From a virus: 29,561 nt of DNA. Below are positions 21,520 through 29,561 of the stretch, in pieces. Each line of letters starts with the position of its first letter. Positions within the stretch are counted from its first letter, which is position 1. The position numbers and the translations under genes are program-made. The notes under the pieces are model-generated. The model did not search any database, was not told the origin of the DNA, and worked only from the letters and a program-made list of their open reading frames with translations. Where the stretch lies: the IMG/VR virus record IMGVR_UViG_3300026229_000001, positions 1-29,561 of that record. One strand, written 5' to 3'.

Positions 21520-22841
21520 ACTCGGATGAGTTGGCTTTGATTGAGGGCATGTACGATCGTATTCAAAGGTTGTCTTCGTGGCATTGTCGCATTGAGGGCT
21601 ACTATGAGGGCTCTAATCGGGTGCGTGATTTGGGGGTTGCTATTCCTCCGGAGTTGCAGCGTGTGCAGACGGTGGTGTCGTGGCCTGGGATTGCGGTGGA
21701 TGCTTTGGAGGAGCGTCTGGATTGGCTTGGCTGGACTAATGGTGACGGTTACGGCCTGGATGGTGTGTATGCTGCGAATCGGCTTGCTACGGCGTCGTGT
21801 GACGTCCACCTTGATGCACTAATTTTTGGGTTGTCGTTTGTGGCTATTATTCCCCAGGGTGATGGTACGGTGTCGGTTCGTCCGCAGTCACCAAAGAATT
21901 GTACGGGCAAGTTTTCGGCTGACGGGTCTCGTTTGGATGCTGGCCTTGTGGTGCAGCAGACGTGTGATCCTGAGGTTGTTGAGGCGGAGTTGTTGCTTCC
22001 GGATGTGATTGTTCAGGTGGAGCGGCGGGGGTCTCGTGAGTGGGTTGAGACGGGCCGTATTGAGAATGTGTTGGGTGCGGTTCCGTTGGTGCCTGTTGTG
22101 AATCGTCGCCGTACGTCGAGGATTGATGGCCGTTCGGAGATCACTCGGTCGATTAGGGCTTACACGGATGAGGCTGTGCGCACACTGTTGGGGCAGTCTG
22201 TGAATCGTGATTTTTATGCTTATCCTCAGCGTTGGGTGACTGGCGTGAGCGCGGATGAGTTTTCGCAGCCTGGCTGGGTCCTGTCGATGGCTTCTGTGTG
22301 GGCTGTGGATAAGGATGATGATGGTGACACTCCGAATGTGGGGTCGTTTCCTGTGAATTCGCCTACACCGTATTCGGATCAGATGCGTTTGTTGGCGCAG
22401 TTGACTGCGGGTGAGGCGGCTGTTCCGGAACGCTATTTCGGGTTTATCACGTCTAACCCGCCTAGTGGTGAGGCTTTGGCGGCTGAGGAGTCTCGGCTTG
22501 TGAAGCGTGCTGAGCGCAGGCAGACGTCGTTTGGTCAGGGCTGGTTGTCGGTTGGTTTCCTGGCTGCCCGGGCGTTGGATTCGAGTGTTGATGAGGCCGC
22601 GTTTTTTGGTGATGTGGGTTTGCGTTGGCGTGATGCTTCGACGCCGACTCGGGCGGCTACGGCTGATGCTGTGACGAAGCTTGTGGGTGCCGGTATTTTG
22701 CCCGCGGATTCTCGGACGGTGTTGGAGATGTTGGGGCTTGATGATGTGCAGGTTGAGGCTGTGATGCGTCATCGTGCTGAGTCGTCTGACCCGTTGGCGG
22801 CACTGGCTGGGGCTATTTCCCGTCAAACTAACGAGGTATGA
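21516..22841 (+). CDS. Portal protein
   Basis: 441-aa ORF. It has an ATGA overlap with the TerL stop and follows TerL. Confidence 0.88.
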   Translation: MNSDELALIEGMYDRIQRLSSWHCRIEGYYEGSNRVRDLGVAIPPELQRVQTVVSWPGIAVDALEERLDWLGWTNGDGYGLDGVYAANRLATASCDVHLDALIFGLSFVAIIPQGDGTVSVRPQSPKNCTGKFSADGSRLDAGLVVQQTCDPEVVEAELLLPDVIVQVERRGSREWVETGRIENVLGAVPLVPVVNRRRTSRIDGRSEITRSIRAYTDEAVRTLLGQSVNRDFYAYPQRWVTGVSADEFSQPGWVLSMASVWAVDKDDDGDTPNVGSFPVNSPTPYSDQMRLLAQLTAGEAAVPERYFGFITSNPPSGEALAAEESRLVKRAERRQTSFGQGWLSVGFLAARALDSSVDEAAFFGDVGLRWRDASTPTRAATADAVTKLVGAGILPADSRTVLEMLGLDDVQVEAVMRHRAESSDPLAALAGAISRQTNEV

Positions 22842-22847
22842 TAGGCG

Positions 22848-23603
22848 ATGGCTTCGGGGGTTGAGGCGAGGCTTGCGGCGACTGAGTATCAGCGTGAGGC
22901 GGTCAGGTTTGCCGGGAAATACGCTGGGTATTATTCTGAGCTTGGCCGTTTGTGGCGTTCTGGGAAGATGAGTGACACACAGTATGTGCGTCTGTGTGTG
23001 GAGTTGGAGCGTGCCGGCCATGATGGTTCAGCATCGTTGGCTGCCAGGTTTGTGTCGGATTTTCGCCGGTTGAATGGTGTGGATCCTGGTTTGATCGTGT
23101 ATGACGAGTTTGATGCTGCCGCCGCGTTGGCGAGGTCGTTTTCGACTATGAAGATTCTTAAGAGTGACCCGGATAGGGCGAATGACACGATTGATGCTAT
23201 GGCTGCGGGTTTTGATCGGGCTGTTATGAATGCTGGTCGTGACACGGTTGAGTGGTCGGCGGGTGCGCAGGGTAGGTCGTGGCGTCGGGTGACTGATGGT
23301 GATCCGTGTGCTTTTTGTGCCATGTTGGCTACGAGGTCGGATTATACGACCAAAGAACGGGCGCTTACTACTGGTCATACGCGGCGTCATAAGCGTGGTG
23401 GTAAGCGCCCGTTTGGTTCGAAGTATCATGATCATTGTGGTTGTACGGTGGTTGAGGTTGTTGGCCCTTGGGAACCAAATAGGGCTGATGCCGCATATCA
23501 GAGGACGTATGAGAAGGCCCGTGAGTGGGTTGATGATCATGGTTTGCAACAGTCGCCTGGCAATATTTTGAAGGCTATGCGTACTGTTGGCGACATGAGA
23601 TGA
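22848..23603 (+). CDS. MuF-like / SPP1 gp7-like head morphogenesis protein
   Basis: 251-aa ORF after the portal gene, with the C-terminal metal-binding pattern DPCAFCAML...HDHCGCTVV. Confidence 0.78.
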   Translation: MASGVEARLAATEYQREAVRFAGKYAGYYSELGRLWRSGKMSDTQYVRLCVELERAGHDGSASLAARFVSDFRRLNGVDPGLIVYDEFDAAAALARSFSTMKILKSDPDRANDTIDAMAAGFDRAVMNAGRDTVEWSAGAQGRSWRRVTDGDPCAFCAMLATRSDYTTKERALTTGHTRRHKRGGKRPFGSKYHDHCGCTVVEVVGPWEPNRADAAYQRTYEKAREWVDDHGLQQSPGNILKAMRTVGDMR

Positions 23604-23705
23604 TGGTTTCCGGTTGTGTGCCGCCGGTTATCGGTGCACAGGGTTGTCTCCCGCACGGGGGTCAACAATGTTGTGTTGTTTTCCGCAAGGAGTATAGGTT
23701 AGGCT

Positions 23706-24263
23706 ATGGCCGATCAGAGTGTTGAAGAACAGAATGTTGACAATTATGCTGTTGAGCCCGGAAAGGGTGGAGACATTGTTGATGTTGTGAAGGATAGGCA
23801 GGCTGCCGGCGATGATCATGCCGGTGATGTTTCCGTGAAGGAGGAGTCTTCTTCTGGCACGGATTGGAAGGCTGAGGCCCGTAAGTGGGAGTCTCGTGCT
23901 AAAAGTAATTTCGCCGAGTTGGAGAAGCTTCGCGCCTCGGATGGTGATGCGGGGTCTGTGATTGATGATCTTCGCCGCAAGAATGAGGAACTCGAAGACC
24001 GGATTAACGGGTTTGTTCTTGAGGGTGTGAAGCGCGAGGTGGCTGCCGAGTGTGGCCTGTCGGGTGATGCGATCGCTTTTCTTCACGGTAGCGATAAGGA
24101 GTCGCTTGCCGAGTCTGCTAAGGCTTTGAAGGGTTTGATCGACCATAGTAGTGGTGGTGGCGCGGGTGTGCGCCGTCTTGCGGGGAGTGCCCCCGTTGAT
24201 GATGTTAAACGACGTGAGGGTGTCGCGTTTGTGGATGCTCTTGTCAATAATTCTAGGAGATGA
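23706..24263 (+). CDS. Scaffolding protein
   Basis: 185-aa acidic, helix-prone protein directly upstream of the major capsid gene. Confidence 0.78.
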   Translation: MADQSVEEQNVDNYAVEPGKGGDIVDVVKDRQAAGDDHAGDVSVKEESSSGTDWKAEARKWESRAKSNFAELEKLRASDGDAGSVIDDLRRKNEELEDRINGFVLEGVKREVAAECGLSGDAIAFLHGSDKESLAESAKALKGLIDHSSGGGAGVRRLAGSAPVDDVKRREGVAFVDALVNNSRR

Positions 24264-24269
24264 TTTATC

Positions 24270-25217
24270 ATGGCTGACGATTTTCTTTCTGCAGGGAAGC
24301 TTGAGCTTCCTGGTTCTATGATTGGTGCGGTTCGTGACCGTGCTATCGATTCTGGTGTTCTTGCTAAACTGTCACCGGAGCAGCCGACTATTTTCGGGCC
24401 TGTTAAGGGCGCCGTTTTTAGTGGTGTTCCGCGCGCTAAGATTGTTGGCGAGGGCGAGGTTAAGCCTTCCGCTAGCGTTGATGTTTCTGCGTTTACTGCG
24501 CAGCCTATCAAGGTTGTGACTCAGCAGCGCGTGAGCGACGAGTTTATGTGGGCTGACGCTGATTACCGTTTGGGTGTACTGCAGGATCTGATTTCGCCTG
24601 CTCTTGGTGCTTCGATTGGTCGCGCTGTTGATCTGATTGCTTTCCATGGTATTGATCCTGCTACGGGTAAGCCTGCTGCGGCGGTCAAGGTGTCGCTGGA
24701 TAAGACGAATAAGACGGTTGATGCCACCGATTCCGCTACGGCTGATCTTGTTAAGGCTGTTGGTCTGATTGCTGGTGCTGGTTTGCAGGTTCCTAATGGT
24801 GTTGCTTTGGATCCGGCGTTCTCGTTTGCTCTGTCTACTGAGGTGTATCCGAAGGGGTCTCCGCTTGCCGGTCAGCCTATGTATCCTGCCGCCGGGTTTG
24901 CCGGCCTGGATAATTGGCGTGGGCTGAATGTTGGTGCTTCTTCGACTGTTTCGGGTGCCCCGGAGATGTCGCCTGCTTCTGGTGTTAAGGCTATTGTGGG
25001 TGATTTCTCTCGTGTTCATTGGGGGTTCCAGCGTAACTTCCCGATTGAGCTGATCGAGTATGGTGACCCGGATCAGACGGGGCGTGACTTGAAGGGCCAT
25101 AATGAGGTTATGGTTCGTGCCGAGGCTGTGCTGTATGTTGCGATTGAGTCGCTTGATTCGTTTGCTGTTGTGAAGGAGAAGGCTGCCCCGAAGCCTAATC
25201 CGCCGGCTGGTAACTGA
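24270..25217 (+). CDS. Major capsid protein (HK97-fold expected)
   Basis: 315-aa ORF assigned by position and size in the canonical head module. Confidence 0.88.
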   Translation: MADDFLSAGKLELPGSMIGAVRDRAIDSGVLAKLSPEQPTIFGPVKGAVFSGVPRAKIVGEGEVKPSASVDVSAFTAQPIKVVTQQRVSDEFMWADADYRLGVLQDLISPALGASIGRAVDLIAFHGIDPATGKPAAAVKVSLDKTNKTVDATDSATADLVKAVGLIAGAGLQVPNGVALDPAFSFALSTEVYPKGSPLAGQPMYPAAGFAGLDNWRGLNVGASSTVSGAPEMSPASGVKAIVGDFSRVHWGFQRNFPIELIEYGDPDQTGRDLKGHNEVMVRAEAVLYVAIESLDSFAVVKEKAAPKPNPPAGN

Positions 25218-25264
25218 TTCATTTGTTGCGATAATGTTTATGCTGTGTGCAGGGGGTGGTGTTG

Positions 25265-25726
25265 ATGGGTATCATTTTGAAGCCTGAGGATATTGAGCCT
25301 TTCGCCGATATTCCTAGAGAGAAGCTTGAGGCGATGATTGCCGATGTGGAGGCTGTGGCTGTCAGTGTCGCCCCCTGTATCGCTAAACCGGATTTCAAAT
25401 ACAAGGATGCCGCTAAGGCTATTCTGCGTAGGGCTTTGTTGCGCTGGAATGATACTGGCGTGTCGGGTCAGGTGCAGTATGAGTCTGCGGGCCCTTTCGC
25501 CCAGACTACACGGTCTAATACTCCCACGAATTTGTTGTGGCCTTCTGAGATTGCCGCGTTGAAGAAGCTATGTGAAGGGAATAGTGGGGCTGGTAAAGCG
25601 TTCACTATCACACCCACCATTAATAGTAGATATGCACATTCTGAGGTGTGTTCCACGGTGTGGGGTGAGGGTTGCTCGTGCGGATCTGATATTAACGGCT
25701 ACGATGGCCCTTTGTGGGAGATATGA
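25265..25726 (+). CDS. Head-tail connector/adaptor protein
   Basis: ATG at 25265 after GGGGGTGG. 153 aa. Assigned by synteny. Confidence 0.75.
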   Translation: MGIILKPEDIEPFADIPREKLEAMIADVEAVAVSVAPCIAKPDFKYKDAAKAILRRALLRWNDTGVSGQVQYESAGPFAQTTRSNTPTNLLWPSEIAALKKLCEGNSGAGKAFTITPTINSRYAHSEVCSTVWGEGCSCGSDINGYDGPLWEI

Positions 25727-25727
25727 T

Positions 25728-26075
25728 ATGACCAGTTTTCCTTATGGTGAAACGGTTGTGATGCTTCAACCGACTGTTCGTGTCGATGATCTTGGAGACA
25801 AGGTGGAAGACTGGTCTAAGCCTGTCGAGACTGTGTACCATAACGTGGCCATCTATGCTTCCGTTTCGCAGGAGGATGAGGCGGCAGGCCGTGACTCTGA
25901 CGATGAGCATTGGTCGATGCTTTTCAAGCAGCCTGTTGTGGGTGCCGATTATCGTTGCAGGTGGCGTATCCGGGGCGTTGTGTGGGAGGCTGACGGGTCT
26001 CCTATCGTGTGGCATCACCCCATGTCTGGCTGGAATGCTGGTACGCAGATCAATGTGAAGCGCAAGAAGGGCTGA
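25728..26075 (+). CDS. Head closure / head-tail joining protein
   Basis: ATG at 25728, 2 nt after the upstream stop. The longer track ORF (25572) overlaps the previous gene. 115 aa. Confidence 0.75.
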   Translation: MTSFPYGETVVMLQPTVRVDDLGDKVEDWSKPVETVYHNVAIYASVSQEDEAAGRDSDDEHWSMLFKQPVVGADYRCRWRIRGVVWEADGSPIVWHHPMSGWNAGTQINVKRKKG

Positions 26076-26081
26076 TAGATT

Positions 26082-26372
26082 GTGGCTCAGGATGTGAATG
26101 TGAAGCTGAACTTGCCGGGTATTCGTGAGGTGTTGAAGTCTTCTGGTGTGCAGGGCATGTTGGCTGAGCGTGGCGAGCGTGTCAAGCATGCGGCCTCAGC
26201 GAATGTGGGCGGTAATGCTTTCGATAAGGCCCAGTATCGTGCTGGCTTGTCGTCTGAGGTGCAGGTTCACCGTGTCGAGGCTGTCGCCAGGATTGGCACC
26301 ACATATAAGGGTGGGAAGCGTATTGAGGCGAAGCATGGCACGTTGGCGAGGTCGATTGGGGCTGCGTCGTGA
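26082..26372 (+). CDS. Neck / tail-completion protein
   Basis: 96-aa ORF with a GTG start. Assigned by synteny. Confidence 0.72.
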   Translation: MAQDVNVKLNLPGIREVLKSSGVQGMLAERGERVKHAASANVGGNAFDKAQYRAGLSSEVQVHRVEAVARIGTTYKGGKRIEAKHGTLARSIGAAS

Positions 26373-26740
26373 TCGTCTACGATGACCCCAGGAAGTGGGC
26401 TAAACGCGTCCTCAAGGATGATGGCTGGCTGTCTGATATACCATGCACCGGGACAGTGCCGGATAGCTTTGAGGGTGACCTTATTTGGTTGGCTCTTGAT
26501 GGTGGCCCGCAGTTGCATGTTCGTGAGCGAGTGTTTTTGCGGGTGAACGTGTTTTCGGATACTCCGGATAGGGCTATGTCTTTGGCACGCCGTGTGGAGG
26601 CTGTGCTGGCTGATGGTGTTGATGGTGGCCCGGTGGTGTTTTGCCGACGTTCTACGGGTCCTGATCTTTTGGTTGATGGTGCACGTTTTGATGTGTATTC
26701 GCTTTTTGAGCTGATATGTAGGCCTGTCGAATCCGAGTAA
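26369..26740 (+). CDS. Tail terminator-position protein
   Basis: 123-aa ORF with a GTGA overlap with the upstream stop. Assigned by synteny. Confidence 0.72.
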   Translation: MIVYDDPRKWAKRVLKDDGWLSDIPCTGTVPDSFEGDLIWLALDGGPQLHVRERVFLRVNVFSDTPDRAMSLARRVEAVLADGVDGGPVVFCRRSTGPDLLVDGARFDVYSLFELICRPVESE

Positions 26741-26796
26741 ACGTTTTGTTTTGATATTGTTGTTTGTTTTTTGTTTGATATTGTTTTTTGGGGGTT

Positions 26797-27426
26797 ATGA
26801 TGGCTGGAACACGTACAGCGTCTAATGTTCGCTCTGCTGTTACGGGTGACGTCTATATTGGTAAAGCTCATGCCGGTGACACTATTGATGGTGTGAAGAC
26901 GGTTCCTGATGGGCTGACTGCTTTAGGGTACCTGTCTGATGACGGGTTTAAGATTAAGCCTGAGCGTAAAACGGATGATTTGAAGGCTTGGCAGAATGCG
27001 GATGTTGTTCGCACTGTGGCCACGGAGTCGTCTATCGAGATTTCTTTCCAGCTGATCGAGTCTAAGAAGGAGGTTATCGAACTGTTTTGGCAGTCGAAGG
27101 TTACTGCCGGATCCGATTCTGGTTCGTTTGATATTTCACCAGGCGCCACCACTGGTGTGCACGCTTTACTGATGGATATTATTGATGGCGATCAGGTTAT
27201 TCGCTACTATTTCCCTGAGGTCGAGTTGATCGATCGTGACGAGATTAAGGGTAAGAATGGCGAGGTGTATGGGTATGGTGTGACGTTGAAGGCGTATCCT
27301 GCCCAGATTAATAAGAAGGGTGATGCGGTGTCGGGTCGGGGGTGGATGACGGCTTTAAAAGCTGATACTCCTCCGACGCCTCCTCCTTCGCCGAAGCCGG
27401 ATCCTAATCCGCCGTCTGAGAACTGA
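26797..27426 (+). CDS. Major tail protein
   Basis: ATG at 26797 or 26800 after GGGGG. About 209 aa with a Pro-rich C-terminal extension (TPPTPPPSPKPDPNPPSEN). It lies upstream of the chaperone pair. Confidence 0.85.
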   Translation: MMAGTRTASNVRSAVTGDVYIGKAHAGDTIDGVKTVPDGLTALGYLSDDGFKIKPERKTDDLKAWQNADVVRTVATESSIEISFQLIESKKEVIELFWQSKVTAGSDSGSFDISPGATTGVHALLMDIIDGDQVIRYYFPEVELIDRDEIKGKNGEVYGYGVTLKAYPAQINKKGDAVSGRGWMTALKADTPPTPPPSPKPDPNPPSEN

Positions 27427-27453
27427 TACACGATTTTAGGGGTTTGTTGATAG

Positions 27454-27750
27454 ATGAGTGGCACAGGTTACACATTAAAGATCGGTGACCATAGCTGGGT
27501 GTTGGCGGATGCGGAGGAGACGGCTCAGGCTGTTCCTGCCCGCGTTTTCCGTCGTGCCGCTAGGATTGCCCAGTCGGGGGAGTCTGCGGATTTCGCCCAG
27601 GTTGAGGTGATGTTTTCTATGTTGGAGGCTGCCGCCCCGGCTGACGCTGTGGAGGCTCTGGAGGGGCTTCCTATGGTGCGTGTGGCCGAGATTTTCCGCC
27701 AGTGGATGGAATACAAGCCTGGCGGTAAAGGGGCTTCCCTGGGGGAATAG
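27454..27750 (+). CDS. Tail assembly chaperone (G-like, short product)
   Basis: 98-aa ORF between the major tail and tape measure genes. Confidence 0.85.
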   Translation: MSGTGYTLKIGDHSWVLADAEETAQAVPARVFRRAARIAQSGESADFAQVEVMFSMLEAAAPADAVEALEGLPMVRVAEIFRQWMEYKPGGKGASLGE

Positions 27751-28136
27751 TTTGGCTCCACGGCCTGATTGATGATTATCGTGGGGCCATCGAATACGAT
27801 TTCCGCACTAAATTTGGTGTTTCTGTTTATAGTGTTGGTGGCCCGCAGATGTGTTGGGGTGAGGCTGTCCGGCTGGCTGGCGTGTTGTGTACCGATACGT
27901 CTAGCCAGTTGGCGGCCCACCTGAATGGTTGGCAGCGCCCGTTTGAGTGGTGCGAGTGGGCTGTGCTGGACATGTTGGATCATTACAGGTCTGCTAATAG
28001 TGAGGGGCAGCCGGAGCCTGTGGCGAGGCCTACGGATGAGCGTAGGGCCCGGTTTACGTCTGGGCAGGTGGACGATATTTTGGCGCGTGTTCGTGCCGGT
28101 GGCGGGGTGTCTCGCGAGATTAATATTATGGGGTGA
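27454..28136 (+). CDS. Tail assembly chaperone (G/T-like fusion made by a -1 frameshift near 27741-27747)
   Basis: The -1 frame is open from 27729. It encodes protein-like sequence (WLHGLIDDYRGAIEYDFRTKFGV...) well before its first ATG at 27849. A G-run, ctg ggg gaa, lies just before the G stop codon. Confidence 0.7.
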
Positions 28137-28143
28137 ATAGTGT

Positions 28144-29561
28144 ATGTCTGGTGAGATTGCTTCCGCATATGTGTCGTTGTATACGAAGATGCCCGGTTTG
28201 AAGTCTGATGTTGGTAAACAGCTTTCTGGGGTTATGCCTGCGGAGGGTCAGCGTTCGGGTAGCTTGTTTGCTAAGGGCATGAAGTTGGCTCTTGGTGGCG
28301 CCGCAATGGTGGGAGCTATCAATGTTGCTAAGAAGGGTCTCAAGTCGATTTATGATGTGACTATTGGTGGCGGTATTGCTCGCGCTATGGCTATTGATGA
28401 GGCCCAAGCGAAGTTGACTGGTTTGGGTCATACGTCTTCGGACACGTCTTCGATTATGAATTCGGCTATTGAGGCTGTTACTGGTACGTCGTATGCGTTG
28501 GGTGATGCGGCTTCTACTGCGGCGGCGTTGTCTGCTTCGGGTGTGAAGTCTGGCGGGCAGATGACGGATGTGTTGAAGACTGTCGCCGATGTGTCTTATA
28601 TTTCGGGTAAGTCGTTTCAGGATACGGGCGCTATTTTTACGTCTGTGATGGCTCGCGGTAAGTTGCAGGGCGATGACATGTTGCAGCTTACTATGGCGGG
28701 TGTTCCTGTGCTGTCTTTGCTTGCCAGGCAGACGGGTAAGACGTCTGCTGAGGTGTCGCAGATGGTGTCGAAGGGGCAGATTGATTTTGCCACGTTTGCG
28801 GCTGCGATGAAGCTTGGCATGGGTGGTGCGGCGCAGGCGTCTGGTAAGACGTTTGAGGGCGCTATGAAGAATGTTAAGGGTGCCCTGGGTTATCTTGGTG
28901 CTACGGCTATGGCGCCGTTTCTTAACGGCCTGCGGCAGATTTTTGTTGCGTTGAATCCGGTTATCAAGTCGGTGACGGATTCTGTGAAGCCGATGTTTGC
29001 TGCCGTCGATGCTGGTATTCAGCGTATGATGCCGTCTATTTTGGCGTGGATTAACCGTATGCCGGCTATGATCACTCGAATGAATGCACAGATGCGCGCC
29101 AAGGTGGAGCAGTTGAAGGGCATTTTTGCGAGACTGCATTTGCCTGTCCCTAAAGTGAATTTGGGTGCCATGTTTGCTGGCGGCACAGCAGTGTTTGGTG
29201 TTGTGGCTGCGGGTGTTGGGAAGCTTGTCGCGGGGTTTGCCCCGTTGGCGGTGTCGTTGAAGAATCTGTTGCCGTCGTTTGGTGCTTTGAAGGGTGCCGC
29301 CGGGGGGCTTGGCGGCGTGTTTCGTGCCCTGGGTGGCCCTGTTGGTATTGTGATCGGGCTGTTTGCGGCCATGTTTGCCACTAACGCCCAGTTCCGTGCC
29401 GCGGTGATGCAGCTTGTGGCTGTGGTTGGCCAGGCTTTGGGCCAGATTATGGCCGCTGTGCAGCCGCTGTTTGGTTTGGTTGCCGGGCTGGTGGCACGGT
29501 TGGCGCCAGTGTTCGGCCAGATTATTGGTATGGTTGCCGGTTTGGCTGCCCAGTTGATGCC
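28144..29561 (+). CDS. Tape measure protein, N-terminal part (runs off the window; continues at 3..1475)
   Basis: ATG at 28144, 8 nt after the chaperone stop. There is no stop codon before the window end. The phase continues into the ORF at the window start through the 127-bp overlap. Confidence 0.93.
   Translation, partial: MSGEIASAYVSLYTKMPGLKSDVGKQLSGVMPAEGQRSGSLFAKGMKLALGGAAMVGAINVAKKGLKSIYDVTIGGGIARAMAIDEAQAKLTGLGHTSSDTSSIMNSAIEAVTGTSYALGDAASTAAALSASGVKSGGQMTDVLKTVADVSYISGKSFQDTGAIFTSVMARGKLQGDDMLQLTMAGVPVLSLLARQTGKTSAEVSQMVSKGQIDFATFAAAMKLGMGGAAQASGKTFEGAMKNVKGALGYLGATAMAPFLNGLRQIFVALNPVIKSVTDSVKPMFAAVDAGIQRMMPSILAWINRMPAMITRMNAQMRAKVEQLKGIFARLHLPVPKVNLGAMFAGGTAVFGVVAAGVGKLVAGFAPLAVSLKNLLPSFGALKGAAGGLGGVFRALGGPVGIVIGLFAAMFATNAQFRAAVMQLVAVVGQALGQIMAAVQPLFGLVAGLVARLAPVFGQIIGMVAGLAAQLM
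29435..29561. repeat. Second copy of the 127-bp terminal overlap
   Basis: Identical to 1-127. Confidence 0.97.

Noticed and set aside
19897-23021. 470-codon and 377-codon minus-strand ORFs opposite terminase and portal. The same applies to 24372..25100 and 28126..29139.
   Set aside because: The same compositional artefact applies. The plus-strand genes carry recognisable terminase, portal and capsid features and synteny.
23604-23705. Small hairpins (tgtgc...gcaca, cccg-ca-cggg, caaca-a-tgttg followed by T-rich sequence) between the MuF-like and scaffold genes
   Set aside because: The stems are only 4-5 bp and there is no clear T-tract. This is not enough to call a terminator or attenuator.
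1-29561. Search for integrase, repressor/Cro switch, tRNA, toxin-antitoxin pairs or known defence cassettes
   Set aside because: No ORF shows recombinase, CI-like, or recognisable toxin motifs. No cloverleaf-like sequence was seen. The genome looks obligately lytic or pseudolysogenic.

Overview
The window is a complete, circularly permuted genome of a small cos-type siphovirus. The unique unit is 29,434 bp. Bases 1-127 repeat exactly at 29435-29561, which looks like an assembler overlap. Gene order, size, endolysin sequence and the cohesive-end sequence match what I recall of Cutibacterium (Propionibacterium) acnes phages of the PA6 type; this is recognition from memory, with no database search.

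Layout:
- Rightward late arm, 19.63 kb through the window end and on to 6.86 kb: TerS, TerL, portal, MuF-like protein, scaffold, major capsid, four head-tail proteins, major tail, frameshifted G/T chaperones, a 921-aa tape measure split by the window ends, minor tail proteins, a collagen-like fibre, amidase endolysin and holin.
- A convergent terminator at about 6.9 kb.
- Leftward early/replication arm, 6.95-17.08 kb, minus strand, tightly packed with ATGA/GTGA start-stop overlaps. It includes a metallophosphoesterase, a two-frame primase, an Hjc-like nuclease, a DnaB-like helicase, a Cas4/RecB-like exonuclease and several small membrane and acidic proteins.
- A 2.2-kb stretch with no credible genes, 17.08-19.27 kb.
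- An HNH endonuclease gene directly upstream of cos (19620-19630).

I see no integrase, repressor, tRNA or CRISPR array.

The best candidate for something undescribed is the gene-free 2.2-kb module. It is packed with strand-biased short motifs (CATCAG 11 forward versus 3 reverse; CTTAGCAC 5 times), a 37-bp perfect direct repeat carrying a hairpin, and a run of stable hairpins. It also holds a 23% GC core with a 20-bp perfect palindrome, a 17/8/17 inverted repeat and iteron-like 19-mers. Matching sequence boxes sit at both of its borders.

Other points worth a second look:
- tandem paralogous early genes
- repeated palindrome-plus-TTGACA boxes
- a primase split across two reading frames
- a genome-wide G+T strand bias that ignores gene orientation
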